From Azolla caroliniana (lineage: Eukaryota > Plantae > Polypodiophyta), in assembly GCA_043228905.1 (NCBI GenBank), contig JBHGNT010000008.1, positions 9,176,001 to 9,240,000 on the forward strand: a DNA stretch of 64,000 nucleotides, given 5' to 3'. The notes beneath the pieces are model-generated. The model saw only the letters and a list, made by a program, of their open reading frames with translations, made no database searches and was not told the DNA's origin. The position numbers and the translations under genes are program-made. This document shows positions 13,185-26,600 of the stretch, piece by piece; within the stretch, counting starts at the first letter, position 1, and every line of letters starts with the position of its first letter.

Positions 13185-13641
13185 TGTTGAGAGACAAGCT
13201 CAACATCGGCCGGATTGGCTGAAGAAGCCGAGGACCGGATCGGTTGGGACCGATCGGTTAGGCCGAATGCGTAAACCAGTACGCAGACCGGTGTGTAGGT
13301 AGGGCCGGATCGGTGCGGAAACCGGGAGGCCGTTAGGAAAGATATTCCGTGAGGAATATATTTGGGAGTTAGTGTAGGAGCTCTCAATGAGCATTGAAGT
13401 ACTGTCAGTACTTCGGTCAGTCCTTCTAGGAGTTGTATAAAAGTGTTCATTGAACACACATATGTACAGAGAATAGTGAATAGAGATTGTGTACTGTTCT
13501 TGAATATAGTTCTTGTGTTTTCTCTCTCTCACTCTCTCTATCTCTCCCGCGTATACTGCGTAAGCTCAAGCTCTCCATTAAACCTGAGTTTTCTTCCTTC
13601 TGTTCGGTCTTCATACTTGCTTCCGCACACTACTTTTTACA
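13185..13641 (+). mobile_element. Solo LTR S2 inside the 3' LTR of C1
   Basis: tgttgagagac...ttttaca flanked by TSD ATAGT; the segment is absent from the C1 5' LTR. Confidence 0.85.
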
Positions 13642-14238
13642 ATAGTCAATCATCCCCCATTTATCTTCGTGTTCATAAGTGTAACCTCTCTCTCTCTCTT
13701 CCTCTCACACACTCTCACGTGCATATCATACTAATCTTCCGTTGCTTAACGTAACCATATAATTAGTCTCTAATTAACCCTAGTTAATTACCTAATTACT
13801 TAACAAAAGGTAAGTCGTGCATTTTTTAGAATGCATGAATACTTTATTTATAAGAAAAATGTACACCAATAAAAAATCACTCGTGCACATCTAGTGTGCA
13901 TGAACACTTTAGAAAAAGCAGGAAGCCATTCTTAGCCTCTTCCATCCTTATATAAGGGGGAGAGAAAGATGCATGGGGGGTTGTTGATTATTTTACAAGG
14001 GTTGATTAATATAATATATTCGTGGGATTCACGAATTTGCTAACTATTTTTCTTTCTTAATCTGAGTACTCACTAATACACTATACTCGTGGGATTCACG
14101 AGTTTTTCCATATCTTTCTTTCTTACAATATATTTCATATTCTTAATTGCCTTAGAATTTTCTTTTCTCCTAGTCCAAAACCTCAGTGGTTCCCACCCGA
14201 CTCACGCAACGATCCGGAGCCGAAAGGCACAACACAAG

Positions 14239-14256
14239 TGGTGAACCCGACATGAA
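14239..14256 (+). promoter_or_regulatory. Primer-binding site of O, complementary to the tRNA-Trp 3' end
   Basis: tggtgaacccgac(a)tgaa 4 nt after the LTR end; the related elements N1 and N2 carry tggtgaacccgacgtgaa. Confidence 0.8.
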
Positions 14257-14515
14257 CACGGGTGGCAAGGAGATGGAAAATCAACCGGAGGCTAACATCA
14301 TGATGATGATGTTCGAGCGGATGCTTCAAGAACAACATGCGATGTCGGAGATAGCGGCAGCAGTAGAGGGGCTCGTGCAACGGATCGGGCAATTCAACGG
14401 AAAGGACATATCACGCTATCTTCGGGACTACAAGGCGGAAATGATACGGTGGGGGATTTCGGAAGGACTGCAAGTGACATCCTTCAACCGGGTGGCTGTT
14501 GGGAGACAGGTCCCT

Positions 14516-14752
14516 CCGGATGGTGTAGACCCGGTGAGAACCGGATGAGGCATACCCGGCTACGGAGAGCCGGATGGTGCAGACCCGGTGAGAACCGGAT
14601 GAGGAGTACCCGGCTATGGAGAGCCGGATGGTGCAGACCCGGTGAGAACCGGATGAGGAGTACCTGGCTACGGAGAGCCGGATGGTGTAGACCCCGTGAG
14701 AACCGGATGAGGAGTACCCGGCTACGGAGAGTCGGATGGTGCAGACCCGGTG
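14516..14752 (+). repeat. 54-bp tandem array in U3 of the B1 5' LTR (4 units plus partial; the 3' LTR has 1 plus partial)
   Basis: ccggatggtg(c/t)agaccc... starts at 14516, 14570, 14624, 14678 and 14732. Confidence 0.9.
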
Positions 14753-15258
14753 AGGAATGCTCACCGGATGAAGAGACATATTTGTAAATACGTTTCTGAG
14801 AGTCCATCGTGGCTACATTTGTAAATAGCCGAAAAGTCATATTAGTATAAATATGACTTAGGGCAAACTTTTAGTTGTTGTTGTCATTTCATGTTGTAAC
14901 AGTGTACAGAGAGAGAGCGCGTAACAGTGTACAGAGAGAGAGAGAGAGAAAGAGGTCGTTGCCTCTGTTGTAACCGCCGCCTGTGGCGAGGATCGTGAGC
15001 ACGAGGTTGTTGCCTTCGTAAACTCACTGTTGTACATTCTAACATAGTGATAATTTGCAGCTTCTGGGCTGTCGTAGTTTATCCCTTAGTTTGGGTTTTG
15101 CACGTAAACATCCTGTGTACATTTTTCATCTCCTTTGTGTCGCGTGTTTTCCGTTTCTTGTTTTCTGTGTATGATTCTAAGCTCAGTTGTGGCCGAGCGT
15201 TGTGCATAAGGAGCGTTGAGTTCCCGTCAAGTGGTATCAGAGCGAAACAACACAGAAA

Positions 15259-18200
15259 ATGGATGAATCGTTTGGTGGCATGTTCAAGCTCACCGGCTCC
15301 AACTATTCAGTGTGGAAGTCGAAGATGAGGGACATGCTCGTGTTTAAAGAGCTCTGGCTGCCGGTTCAGTTCGGGGACAAGAGACCGGACAAAATCGACG
15401 CCGCGATATGGGAGGTGATGCACATGAAGACAACGGCGTACATACGGTGCTTCATCGACATGAGCCTGTACAACAACTTCAATGAGGAGAGCAAGGCTCA
15501 TGAGCTCTGGGAGAAGATCGGCATAATGTTTCAAAACAAAAATGTTGTTAATCAGGTTTCGGTATTCCGGAAGCTAGTAAGACTCCGGTACCAAGATGGC
15601 TCCAGCATGGCGGAGCACATGAATGCCTTCCATGGGCTGATCAACCAGGCAACATCATTGGAAGTACCTCTCGCCGACGAGGTACTAGCGCTACTCCTGC
15701 TCGGTTCCCTCCCGGATAGCTGGGAGACGTTGGTTGTCACTTTGGGCAACGCCGGGCCGGAAGGAAAGCGGTTATCCCTAGCAAGAGTAAACTCGAGCTT
15801 GCTACATGAGGTGGTGTGTCGGAAAGATAAACATACGAGCTCCGACTCCAAAGCACTCCTTACCGAATCGGAACGCAGAAGACAGAGAAACCGTAGTCCC
15901 AAGAACCGGGAGAAATCGGGGACACGGTCAAAGTCAAGGGGGAGGCCTACTTGCTTCTATTGCGGCAAGCCGAGACACTTCCAAAAGAACTGTCGGCATT
16001 TCCGTAAAGACAAGGAAACCGATGGTACCGATTTGAAGCGGACCCCGGACCGGAACGGTAAGGACCGGAGGGGGCCGGACCGGAAGGGAATGACGGCAAT
16101 CGCGGCAAGTGAAGAAGAGTTGATGCTCATCACCGAGGAGAGTGAGATAAACCTTGCCGGCGACGAGATGACCTGGGTGGTAGACTCCGGAGCATCGTTC
16201 CACCTTACCCTGGACCGGAAATGCCTCTCATCCTACTCAGCCAGTGATCACGGCTGTGTCCGTATGGAGAATGAAGGTACATGCCGAATTGTCGGCATAA
16301 GAGACGTGTGGCTGTCAACACCAACCGGATGCAAGTTGCTGCTGAAGGATATCCGACACGTTCCGGAGGTTCGTCTAAACCTGATATCAGCCGGTCGGCT
16401 AGATGATGAAGGCTACACGGGTAGCATCCGGAACGGTGTCATGAAGTTCGAGCTCCACATGAGAGTGGAAAGACAAACCGGTCGGAAGCTGAAGGCAATT
16501 CGAGCAGATAACGGAGGAGAATACCGGGGGCAGTTCGAGGAGTACTACTGCTTGAAGGGAATCCGGCTCGAATTTACCGTGCCGAAGACGCCGGAACTAA
16601 ACGGACTGGCCAAGAGGATGAACCGGACCATAATGGAGAGGGTCCGGAGTATGCTAGCGCATGCAAAACTACCCAAGAAGTTTTGGGCTGAGGCATTGTC
16701 GACGGCGACATATGTGATAAATAGATCACCCTCAGTACCCTTGGACGAAGACATGCCATAGAGGGTCTGGACCGGTAAGGAAGTATCCTACGGCATCTGA
16801 AGGTGTTCGGGTGTCTCGCGTACGTGCATGTAGCTAAGGACCGGAGAGGAGAGTTAGATCCAAAGACCCAGCCATGCATATTCCTCGGTTACAGTGACGA
16901 TGACTTCGGCTACCGAGTGTGGGACCTGGTCGACAAGAAGGTATTCCGGAGTCGAGATATTATCTTCATGGAGGAAAAGACGCTCGCCGACTGGGAGTCG
17001 GAGAAGAAGATAATGAACTCTGAGTCGACCGGTAAGGATCGACTCTACGATGAGCAGACCCAACCGGCAAGAGACCGGTTAACACTCGAGGGACCAGCCG
17101 GTTACAGTGAGGATACCGAACAGGCTGAAGAAGAAGTAGTGGAAGCTGAAACCGGAACCGGCCAAGACCCCGAATCGGATTCGGATGAAGAGAAAGTGGA
17201 AGAGCCGGTTACCGATTCCCGAAGACGGAGATATCCTCTCAGAGAGAGAAGGTCCCCTCGGAGATTTCCGGATGTAGAGCATGTTGTGCTGACCGATGGG
17301 GGGGAGCCGGAAATCTTCGAAGAAGCGAAGGATGACACCCATAGCCCCAAATGGTTAAGTGCCATGCAGGACGAGATGGATTCCTTGCATGAGAACCATA
17401 CGTACGAATTGGTGGAGTTGCCGAAAGGAAAGCGGGCACTCCGAAACAAGTGGGTGTACAACTTGAAACCGGGAGATGCCGTCAACCCCCCAAGATACAA
17501 AGCCAGGATCGTGGTGAAGGGATTCCAGCAGAAAAAGGGTGTGGACTTTGACGAGATATTTTCCCCGGTAGTAAAGATGACCTGCATCCGGATGGTGCTG
17601 AGTATAGCGACAAGCATGGACCTCGAGGTAGAACAGCTGGACGTGAAGACGACATTCCTTCACGGCGATCTCGAAGAGGAGATCTACATGCAGCAACCGG
17701 AAGGATTCATGGAGAAAGGGAAGGAGCACCTGATATGCCGGTTGAAGAAGAACTTGTACGGACTGAAGCAGGCTCCCTGACAATGGTACCGGAAGTTCGA
17801 TTCCTTCATGACCAATCAAGGGTACCACAAGACGCAGGCCGATCACTGCGTGTTTGTGAAGAAGTTCGAAGGAGGTGACTTCCTGATACTCCTTCTGTGC
17901 GTGGATGACATATTCATCGTTCAACGGGACCAAGTCAAAATACGGATGCTGAAGAAGGTCCTCAACCGGACCTTCTCAATGAAAGACTTGGGTCCGGCAA
18001 GACAGATGCTGGGGATGCATATTATCCGGAACCGGTCAGTGAAACAATTATGGCTGTCACAGGAGAAGTACGTGACAAAGGTGCTTCACCGGTTCAACAT
18101 GTCAGATGCGAAACTGGTCGGATCGACACTTCCGGCAAACTGCAGGCTATCTGGTAAGCAAAGCCCGAAGACGAAAGCAGAGAAGGCTGATATGATGAAG

Positions 18201-18838
18201 ATTCCATATGCCTCTGCCGTCGGGAGCTTGATGTACGCAATGGTGTGTACCTGACCGGATATAGGATACGCAGTTGGAGTGGTGAGCTGGTTTATGAGCA
18301 ATCCCGGCAAGGAGCACTAGAACGCGGTCAAATGGATACTCCGGTATTTGAAGGGCACTTCAAATATGTGTCTCCGATTCGGCTCCGGAAAACCTCAACT
18401 TGATGGTTTCACCAATTCGGACATGTCGGCTGATGTGGATACCAGCCGGTCTACATCCGGGTATGTAATGACATATGCAGGGGGAGCTGTTTTGTGGCAG
18501 TCGAGGCTGCAGATGACAGTTGCATTGTCAACCACGGAGGCGGAATACATGGCAGCTGTGGAAGCCGGCAAGGAAATATTATGGATGAAGGACTTCATCG
18601 GAGAGCTTGGTATCCGGCAAGATGAATACCGACTCTATTGCGACATTCAAAGTGCCATCCACCTTGCTAAGAATGCGGCCTACCATTCCCAGACGAAGCA
18701 TATCCAGCGAAGGTATCATTGGATCCGGGGAAGAGTAGATGACCAAGAGTTCGCGTTGACGAAGATCCACACGGCCAAAAACGGGTCAGATATGCTGACC
18801 AAAGTTCTGATACCCGACAAGCTGGATGCATGCCAGAA
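15259..18838 (+). pseudogene. B1 gag-pol with stops and a ~430-bp in-frame deletion at ~16449; last codons at 24287-24323
   Basis: Zinc knuckle CFYCGKPRHFQKNC; PR WVVDSGASFH; INT IRADNGGEY; RT CVDD (YVDD in B2); RNase H LSTTEAEY. Confidence 0.88.
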
Positions 18839-18884
18839 TGTTGGGATTACGGTCCCTCCGGATGGGATGGTCGGATGCCCGGGA

Positions 18885-19062
18885 ATCGGGGATGAAGACC
18901 CGGTTCCGGAGCCGGATGATGAAGACCCGGTTCCGGATCCGGATGATGAAGACCCCGGCTACGGAGCCGGATGATGAAGACCCCGGCTACGGAGCCGGAT
19001 GACGAAGACCCCAGCTACGGAGCCGGATGACGAAGACCCCGGCTACGGAGCCGGATGACGAA
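18885..19062 (+). repeat. 27-28-bp tandem array in U3 of the B2 5' LTR (one unit fewer in the 3' LTR, ~23676-23825)
   Basis: ccggatga(t/c)gaa starts at 18912, 18939, 18967, 18995, 19023 and 19051. Confidence 0.9.
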
Positions 19063-19561
19063 TGAACCCGGAGAGAGATCCGGATGCGGGGACATATTTG
19101 TGAATATGTTTGCCAAGGGCCCTTGAGGCTATATTTGCAAATAGCCCGAAAGTCATATGTGTATAAATATGACTTAGGGCAAACAGTTTTATGTTGTTGC
19201 TCATTTTTCTAGTTTGCGAAGAGAGAGCAGCCGAGAGAGCAGCCGAGAGAGAGAGAGAGAGAGACGAAGAGGTCGTTGCCTCTATGTATTACCGCCGCCT
19301 GTGGCGAAGACAGTGAGCTCAAGGTTGTTGCCTTGTAGCCTCACCATTGTACACCTCTGTTTATAGTGATATTTGGAGTTTGAGGACTCCTGTGGTTTTT
19401 CCCCATTTAGGGTTTTCCACGTAAAACATCCTGTGTACCTTTTCTCTCTGTTCATTTCGTGCATTCTGTATTTCCTGTTTTCTGTGAGTAAATCCTATTC
19501 CTCGGTTGTGGCCGAGCACTGTGTTCAACAAAGTGGTATCAGAGCGACGGCAGTGCAGAAA

Positions 19562-22500
19562 ATGGAAGGCGGCAGCAGCGGGCAGCCGGGGATGATGGTG
19601 CTGAATGCGCAGAACTACGCCGACTGGAAGATAAAGATGGAGGATCTGCTCATTGTTCGGGACCTGTATGAACCGATTGACAGGTCGGAAATACCCAAGG
19701 GGGTACTTGAGATGGAATGGAGGCTTCTGAACCGGAAAGCCGTTGCAACCATTCGGCAATACGTCGACGTGAGCGTCCTACAACATGTGGCGAACGACAC
19801 CAACGCATATGAGATGTGGCGGAAGCTGTCGGGCCTCTACGAGAGGAAGAATGCGTTGAACCGGACCTCCCTGATGAGGAAGATAGTGAACCTCAAGTAC
19901 CGGGACGGCGAGAGTATGGTGGAACACGTAAGCACGTTCATGGGATTCGTGAACCAGCTTGCGGCGATCAAGTTCCCGTTGGAGGATGCAATGCAAGCCA
20001 TCATCCTGATGTGTACATTGCCGGAAAGCTGGGAGAACTTGGTGGTGACTCTCAGCACCTCCTGCTCCGAAGATAACTTGTCCCTACAAACGGTAAAGAC
20101 AAGTATTTTGAACGAAGAAGCGCGTCGGAGAGATAAAGAACCGGCCTCCGACTCGAAGGCGTTGCTTACCGAATCGCAACGGGGAAGAGAACGGAACCGG
20201 AGTCCGCAAAGACGGGAGAAGTCGGGGACCCGGTCGCAGTCAAGAGGAAGGCCCACATGCTTCCACTGTGGGAAGCCGGGGCACTTCCGGAAGAATTGTC
20301 GGCATTACCGAAAAGACAACGGAGCCGACGACACCGATTCGAAGAAGTCACCGGAGCGAAACGGTGCATACCGGGGAGCCACGGACCGGAGAGGGCAGGA
20401 CCGGAAAGGAACGACGGCACTCGCGGCAAGTGAAGAAGAGATAATGCTCATTACCGAAGAGAGGGAGCTGAACCTTGCCGGTGAAGAGATGACCTGGGTG
20501 GTCGATTCCGGAGCATCATTCCATCTGACCCCGGAGAAGAAATACTTCTCATCCTACACAGCCGGTGAGCACGGCTGTGTCCGGATGGGAAATGAAGGTA
20601 CATGCCGGATTGCCGGCATAGGAGACGTGTGGCTGATGACATCAACCGGATGCAAGATGCTGCTGAAGGATGTTCGACACGTTCCGGAGGTTCGATTGAA
20701 CCTGATTTCGGCCGGGAGGCTAGACGATGAAGGCTACACGGGTAGCATCCGGAACGGTGTCATGAAGTTCAGCAAAGGGAGCCTGATAGTGGCTCGGGCC
20801 CGGAAGGTCAACACACTGTACCTGATGAATACCCGGCTATGTCCGGAGGAGCTGAACGTGGCAGCTGACACTGCCGGTGAGCTGTGGCACAAGAGATTGT
20901 GCCACATGAGCGAGAAGGGGATGAAGAGGCTTGCAGAAGACAACCTTATTCCAGTGAAGCATGTGCATCTGGAGAAGTGCACCGATTGCCTGGCCGGTAA
21001 GCAGAACCGAGCCTACTTCCACTCAAGGCCACCGACGAGACGTAGCACACCATTGGAGTTGGTGCACACTGACGTGTGTCAAGTAGAAACGAAGTCACAT
21101 GGCGGAGCCCAGTACTTCGTGACATTCATTGATGACCACAGCCGGAAGCTGTGGACGGCACCGTTGAAGACAAAGGATCAAGTGTTGTGCGTCTTCAAAG
21201 AATTCCACGCGAGAGTGGAAAGGGAATCCGGCAAGAAGCTGAAAGCGATACGAGCGGATAACGGAGGGGAATACCGGGGGCAGTTCGCGGAGTACTGTCG
21301 CTCGAAGGGAATCCGGCTCGAGTTTACTGTGCCGAAGACGCCGGAACTGAACGGGCTGGCCGAGAGGATGAACCGGACCATAATGGAGAGGGTCCGGAGT
21401 ATGCTGGCGCATGCGAAATTACCCAAGGGGTTTTGGGCTGAGGCAATGTCGACGGCGACATACGTGATAAACAGATCACCCTCAGTACCTTTGGACGGAG
21501 ACACGCCGCATAGAGTGTGGACCGGTAGGGAAGTATCCTACCGGCATCTGAAGGTGTTTGGGTGTCTCGCATATGTGCATGTGGCAAAGGACCGGAGAGG
21601 AAAGCTAGATCCCAAGACCCGGCCATGCATATTCCTCGGTTACGGCGACGACGAGTTCGGCTACCGAGTATGGGACCCGGTCGACAAGAAGATATTCAGG
21701 AGTCGTAATATCATCTTCATGGAGGACAAGACACTCGCCGACTGGGAGTCGGAGAAGAAGATGAAGAGCTCCAAGTTGACTGGTGAGGATCAACTCTATG
21801 AGGAGCAGTCCCGACCGGCAAGGGACTGGTTAGCACTCGAGGATCCGGCCGAAGACGGTGAAGAAACAGAACCGGCCGAGGAAGATGAAACTGATACCGG
21901 AACCGGCCCCGATCCCGAAATGGATTCGGATGAAGAGGAAACGGAAGGGCCGGTTACCGAAGCTCCGGAATGGAGATATCCTCTAAGAGAGAGAAGGGCC
22001 CCCCGAAGATTTCCGGAACCAGAGCACGTGCTGCTAACCGACGAGGGGGAGCCGGAGAGTTTTGAAGAAGCAAAGCTTGACACCCATAGCCGCAGGTGGT
22101 TAAGTGCCATGCAGGAGGAGATGGATTCCCTGCATGAGAACCACACATATGAACTTGTGGAGTTGCCGAAAGGAAAGCGGGCACTTCGGAACAAGTGGGT
22201 GTTCAAGCTGAAACCGGGAGATGCCGGAAAACCCCCGAGATACAAAGCCAGGATCGTGGTGAAGGGGTTCCAGCAGAAGAAGGGCGTCGATTTCGACGAG
22301 ATATTTGCCCCGGTAGTGAAGATGACCTCCATCCGAACGGTGCTGAGCATAGCGGCAAGCATGGACCTCGAGGTAGAACAGATGGACGTGAAGACGGCAT
22401 TCCTTCATGGTGACCTCGAAGAAGAGATCTACATGCAGCAACCGGAAGGATTCGAGAAGAAAGGGAAGGAGCACCTGGTATGCCGGTTGAAGAAGAGCCT

Positions 22501-23619
22501 TTACGGACTGAAGCAGGCTCCCCGGCAATGGTACCGGAAGTTCGACTCCTTCATGACCGACGAAGGGTACCACAAAACGCAGTCCGATCACTGCGTGTTG
22601 TGAAGAAGTTCGAAGGAGGAGACTTTCTAATACTCCTCCTATACGTGGACGACATGTTGATCGTCGGACGGAACCAGGTCAAGATACGGACGCTGAAGAA
22701 AACGCTTCACCGAACTTTCTCAATGAAGGACCTGGGTCCGGCGAGGCAAATACTAGGGATGCACATCATCCGGGACCGGAAGAAGAAGCAGTTGTGGCTG
22801 TCACAGGAGAAGTACGTGACAAAGGTGCTTCACCGGTTCAACATGTCGGAAGCAAGACCGGCCGGGTCAACCCTCCCGGCAAACTGCAAGTTGTCCAGCA
22901 AGCAAAGCCCCAAGACAAAGGCTGAGAAGGAGGACATGATGAAAGTACCATATGCCTCTGCCGTCGGAAGCTTGATGTACGCAATGGTGTGTACAAGACC
23001 GGACATAGGATATGCAGTTGGAGTGGTGAGCCGGTACATGAGCAATCCCGGCAAAGAGCACTGGAACGCGGTCAAGTGGATACTCCGATACCTGAAGGGC
23101 ACGGCAAACGTATGCCTCCGATTCGGCTCCGGTAAGCCCGAACTCGACGGCTTTACCGATTCGGATATGTCGGCTGATGCAGATACCAACCGGTCCACAT
23201 CAGGGTATGTGATGACGTATGCAGGTGGAGCTGTTTCGTGGCAGTCGAGGCTGCAGAAGACGGTTGCTTTGTCAACCACGGAGGCGGAGTACATGGCGGC
23301 TGTTGAAGCCGGCAAGGAAATAATATGGATGAAGGACTTCATTAGAGAGCTCGGTATCCGGCAAGTGGAGTACCGACTCTACTGCGACAGTCACAGTGCC
23401 ATCCACCTTGCGAAGAACGCGGCCTATCACTCCCGGACGAAGCACATCCAGCGAAGATATCACTGGATCCGGGAAAGGATAGAAGACCAGGAGTTCGTGC
23501 TGACGAAGATCCACACGGACGAGAACGGGTCAGATATGCTGACCAAAGTGCTCACACCCGACAAGCTGGAAGCGTGCCGGAAGAGGGTCGGACTGGAAAG
23601 ACATCCCATGCCGAAGTGA
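19562..23619 (+). CDS. B2 Gag-Pol polyprotein (Gag, PR, INT, RT, RNase H) with a single 1-bp frameshift at ~22598
   Basis: ORFs 19373-22603 and 22480-23619; tgcgtgttgtgaag versus tgcgtgtttgtgaag in B1. Motifs CFHCGKPGHFRKNC, VDSGAS, LWHKRLCH, VHTD, ADNGGE, LYVDD. Confidence 0.9.
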
Positions 23620-26600
23620 AGGGGGAGTTTGTTGGGATTACGGTCCCTCCGGATGGGATGGTCGGATGCCCGGGAATCGGGGATGAAGACCCGGTTCCGG
23701 AGCCGGATGATGAAGACCCGGTTCCGGATCCGGATGATGAAGACCCCGGCTACGGAGCCGGATGATGAAGACCCCGACTACGGAGCCGGATGACGAAGAC
23801 CCCGGCTACGGAGCCGGATGACGAATGAACCCGGAGAGAGATCCGGATGCGGGGACATATTTGTGAATATGTTTGCCAAGGGCCCTTGAGGCTATATTTG
23901 CAAATAGCCCGAAAGTCATATGTGTATAAATATGACTTAGGGCAAACAGTTTTATGTTGTTGCTCATTTTTCTTGTTTGCGAAGAGAGAGCAGCCGAGAG
24001 AGAGAGAGAGAGAGACGAAGAGGTCGTTGCCTCTGTGTATTACCGCCGCCCGTGGCGAAGACAGTGAGCTCAAGGTTGTTGCCTTGTAGCCTCACCATTG
24101 TACACCTCTGTTTATAGTGATATTTGGAGTTTGAGGACTCCTGTGGTTTTTCCCCATTTAGGGTTTTCCACGTAAAACATCCTGTGTACCTTTTCTCTCT
24201 GTTCATTTCGTGCATTCTGTATTTCCTGTTTTCTGTGAGTAAATCCTATTCCTCGGTTGTGGCCGAGCACTGTGTTCAACACAGAAGAGGATCGGACTAG
24301 TAAGACACCCCATGCCGGAGTGAAGGGGGAGTTTGTTGGGAGACAGGTCCCTCCGGATGGTGCAGACCCGGTGAGAACCGGATGAGGAGTACCCAGCTAC
24401 GGAGAGCCGGATGGTGTAGACTCGGTGAGGAATGCTCACTGGATGAAGAGACATATTTGTAAATATGTTTCTGAGAGTCCATCGTGGCTACATTTGTAAA
24501 TAGCCGAAAAGTCATATTAGTATAAATATGACTTAGGGCAAACTTTTAGTTGTTGTTGTCATTTCTTGTTGGTGCAAGAAAAGAGAGAGCGCGTAACAAT
24601 GTACAGAGAGAGAGAGAGAGAGAAAGAGGTCGTTGCCTCTGTTGTAACCGCCGCCTGTGGCGAGGATCGTGAGCACGAGGTCGTTGCCTCCGTGAACTCA
24701 CTGTTGTACATTCTAACATAGTGATAGTTTGCAGCTTGTGGGCTGCCGTGGTTTTTCCCTTAGTTTGGGTTTTCCACGTAAACATCTTGTGTACATTTTT
24801 CTTCTCCTTTGTGTCGCGTGTTTTCCGTTTCCTGTTTTCTGTGTATGATTCTAAGCTCGGTTGTGGCCGAGCGTTGTGCATAAGGAGCGTTGAGTTCCCG
24901 TCAATGGCTACCGACGGGCTTCAAGCAAGTATCTACGGGCTATGACAACAAAATCCGACGTGGGAAGCGTTTGAAGAGGCACTGAAGACCACGTTCGCTA
25001 TCAAGGACTCCTCAAAGGCAACGCGGAGAGGATTCGAGGATTGGGTGGAAACGCCAGACAAGGGGATGAAGGTCCTCGATGTGTTTTCGGCATTCGAAAG
25101 TCGGTTCGGGAGGTTGTCTGCAAGAGATCAAGCTATCCTTGCACCGAACAAAGTTATCATGTTCTTACGAGCCATAGACGTCCAAGACCGGAAGGATCTT
25201 GGAGTGCTTCTAGAGGACATGAATACCGAGAGTGGCCTCACCGAAACATGGGAAAGTGTGCGGGATATCGTCGCGCGATACACAAAGAGGGGGCAATGGC
25301 TTGCCAACAAAGAAAAGAGGGTTTCAGAACTGATTCTGAAACCGAGATCCGGATCGGAGGACCATCAACCGCGGGCTCGAGAAGCTACGACCGAGAAGGG
25401 AATCGACGCAACTACGGTGGAGCAGTTGCTGAAGGAGATGGAGAATCTGAAAGTCGCGATGGTGAAGAACTTGGATGAACATCCCACAAGTTCCAAGTAT
25501 ATGGACCGTCGGTGCATATGGTGCAATAGCACCGAACATGATCGGAGGGATTGCGACGAGCACAAGGAGGCATTATGACGGGATCTTATCTATTACGAGG
25601 GAAATCGGATCCATTCGATGGACTCTCGGAAGCCACTCCGACCGAACTTCCAGAAAAGTGGCATGAAGAAGGTCCTTGAGGAGGAAATAGCGGCGAAAAG
25701 CAATTATGCAACAACCGCGAGAATACGTGTCGGGGAGTCATCTACAGCAAAGACGTCTTTTTGGCCGGAAGTGCTAGAAATTTCGAAGAAAGCCGACCAT
25801 GATGAAATCCGAAGCGCCGTGGAATGTATCCGGGAAGCTACGGGATGGGACTGCCCCGTAGACAAGAATAGCGTACATGCACTATGTCAATTGCATGAAG
25901 TGTATGTCGATGAGAAACGACGGCGCACGGATGATGCGGCCGGACCACCAAAGACACCGGAGAGCTGGAAACTCGACGGAAGAGGGAAAGGAAAAACGAT
26001 TCCGGCGTTCAAGCTCACCTCAGACATCGAACAACAAACGAACTTGAAAAAGGTGTTCGAGGAGAGAATCCATGACAGCCGGGTAGATTTTTCGCTTCGG
26101 GAACTACTCGGAATAGCAAAAAAAGAGTTCCATGATCTTCTTGTGGATCTCGTGAAAAGAAAAACACAAACAACGGAGGAAAATGCGTCGATGGTGAATG
26201 CAAATACCGTTCTGATGAACGACACCGAAGTGGAGGACGAGATTCCGAATTCCCACTATACAAAGCCACACTAGGCCCGTGCAACCACCGAGACTCCGAT
26301 CCGAATCGGCAACATCAAAGAGCCCGTGCTAGCATTGATGGATCATGGATCGGAGATCAATTTGATGTCTAAGGAGTTCTACCGGAAGGGGAAGTGGCCT
26401 ATTAATGTCAAGACTGAGAGAGAGAAAGAGAGAGAAAAAGAGATAGAGAGATAATTGAAAGAGAATTATTATATTGAAGCGTAAAATGGATTACAAAGAG
26501 TAGGCTACAAAATGGCGTTGAACCAATTTAGGTTTGGGATGGGTGGTAGATCCCTATTTATAAGTAAAAAAGAACTCTCTAGAATATTCTAGGTTATCCT

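Larger units (their letters stand above)
5857..13805 (+). mobile_element. Copia element C1 inserted in the 5' LTR of O; RT/RNase H largely deleted
   Basis: LTRs 5857-6283 and 12906-13805 (tgttgag...ttaaca); TSD AAAGG; PBS tggtatcagagc 6284-6295 (tRNA-iMet); PPT gagggggatg. An extra partial LTR start occurs at 5630. Confidence 0.92.
18839..24281 (+). mobile_element. Copia element B2, young and nearly intact, nested in the RNase H end of B1
   Basis: LTRs 18839-19530 and 23630-24281, near-identical apart from repeat copy number; TSD CAGAA; PBS 19534-19545; PPT gaagggggag. Confidence 0.95.
14497..24903 (+). mobile_element. Copia element B1 inserted in gag of O; degenerate
   Basis: LTRs 14497-15229 and 24334-24903; TSD GTGGC/ATGGC (1 mismatch); PBS tRNA-iMet 15232-15243; PPT gaagggggag. 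Confidence 0.92.

Noticed and set aside
18885-19062. Regular 27-28-bp and 54-bp repeats resembling a CRISPR array
   Set aside because: Units are head-to-tail with no unique spacers, lie inside LTRs, and no cas genes are present in this eukaryotic sequence.
19373-19561. N-terminal extension of the 1076-aa ORF
   Set aside because: It starts at TTG inside the LTR; the plausible start is the ATG at 19562 after the PBS.
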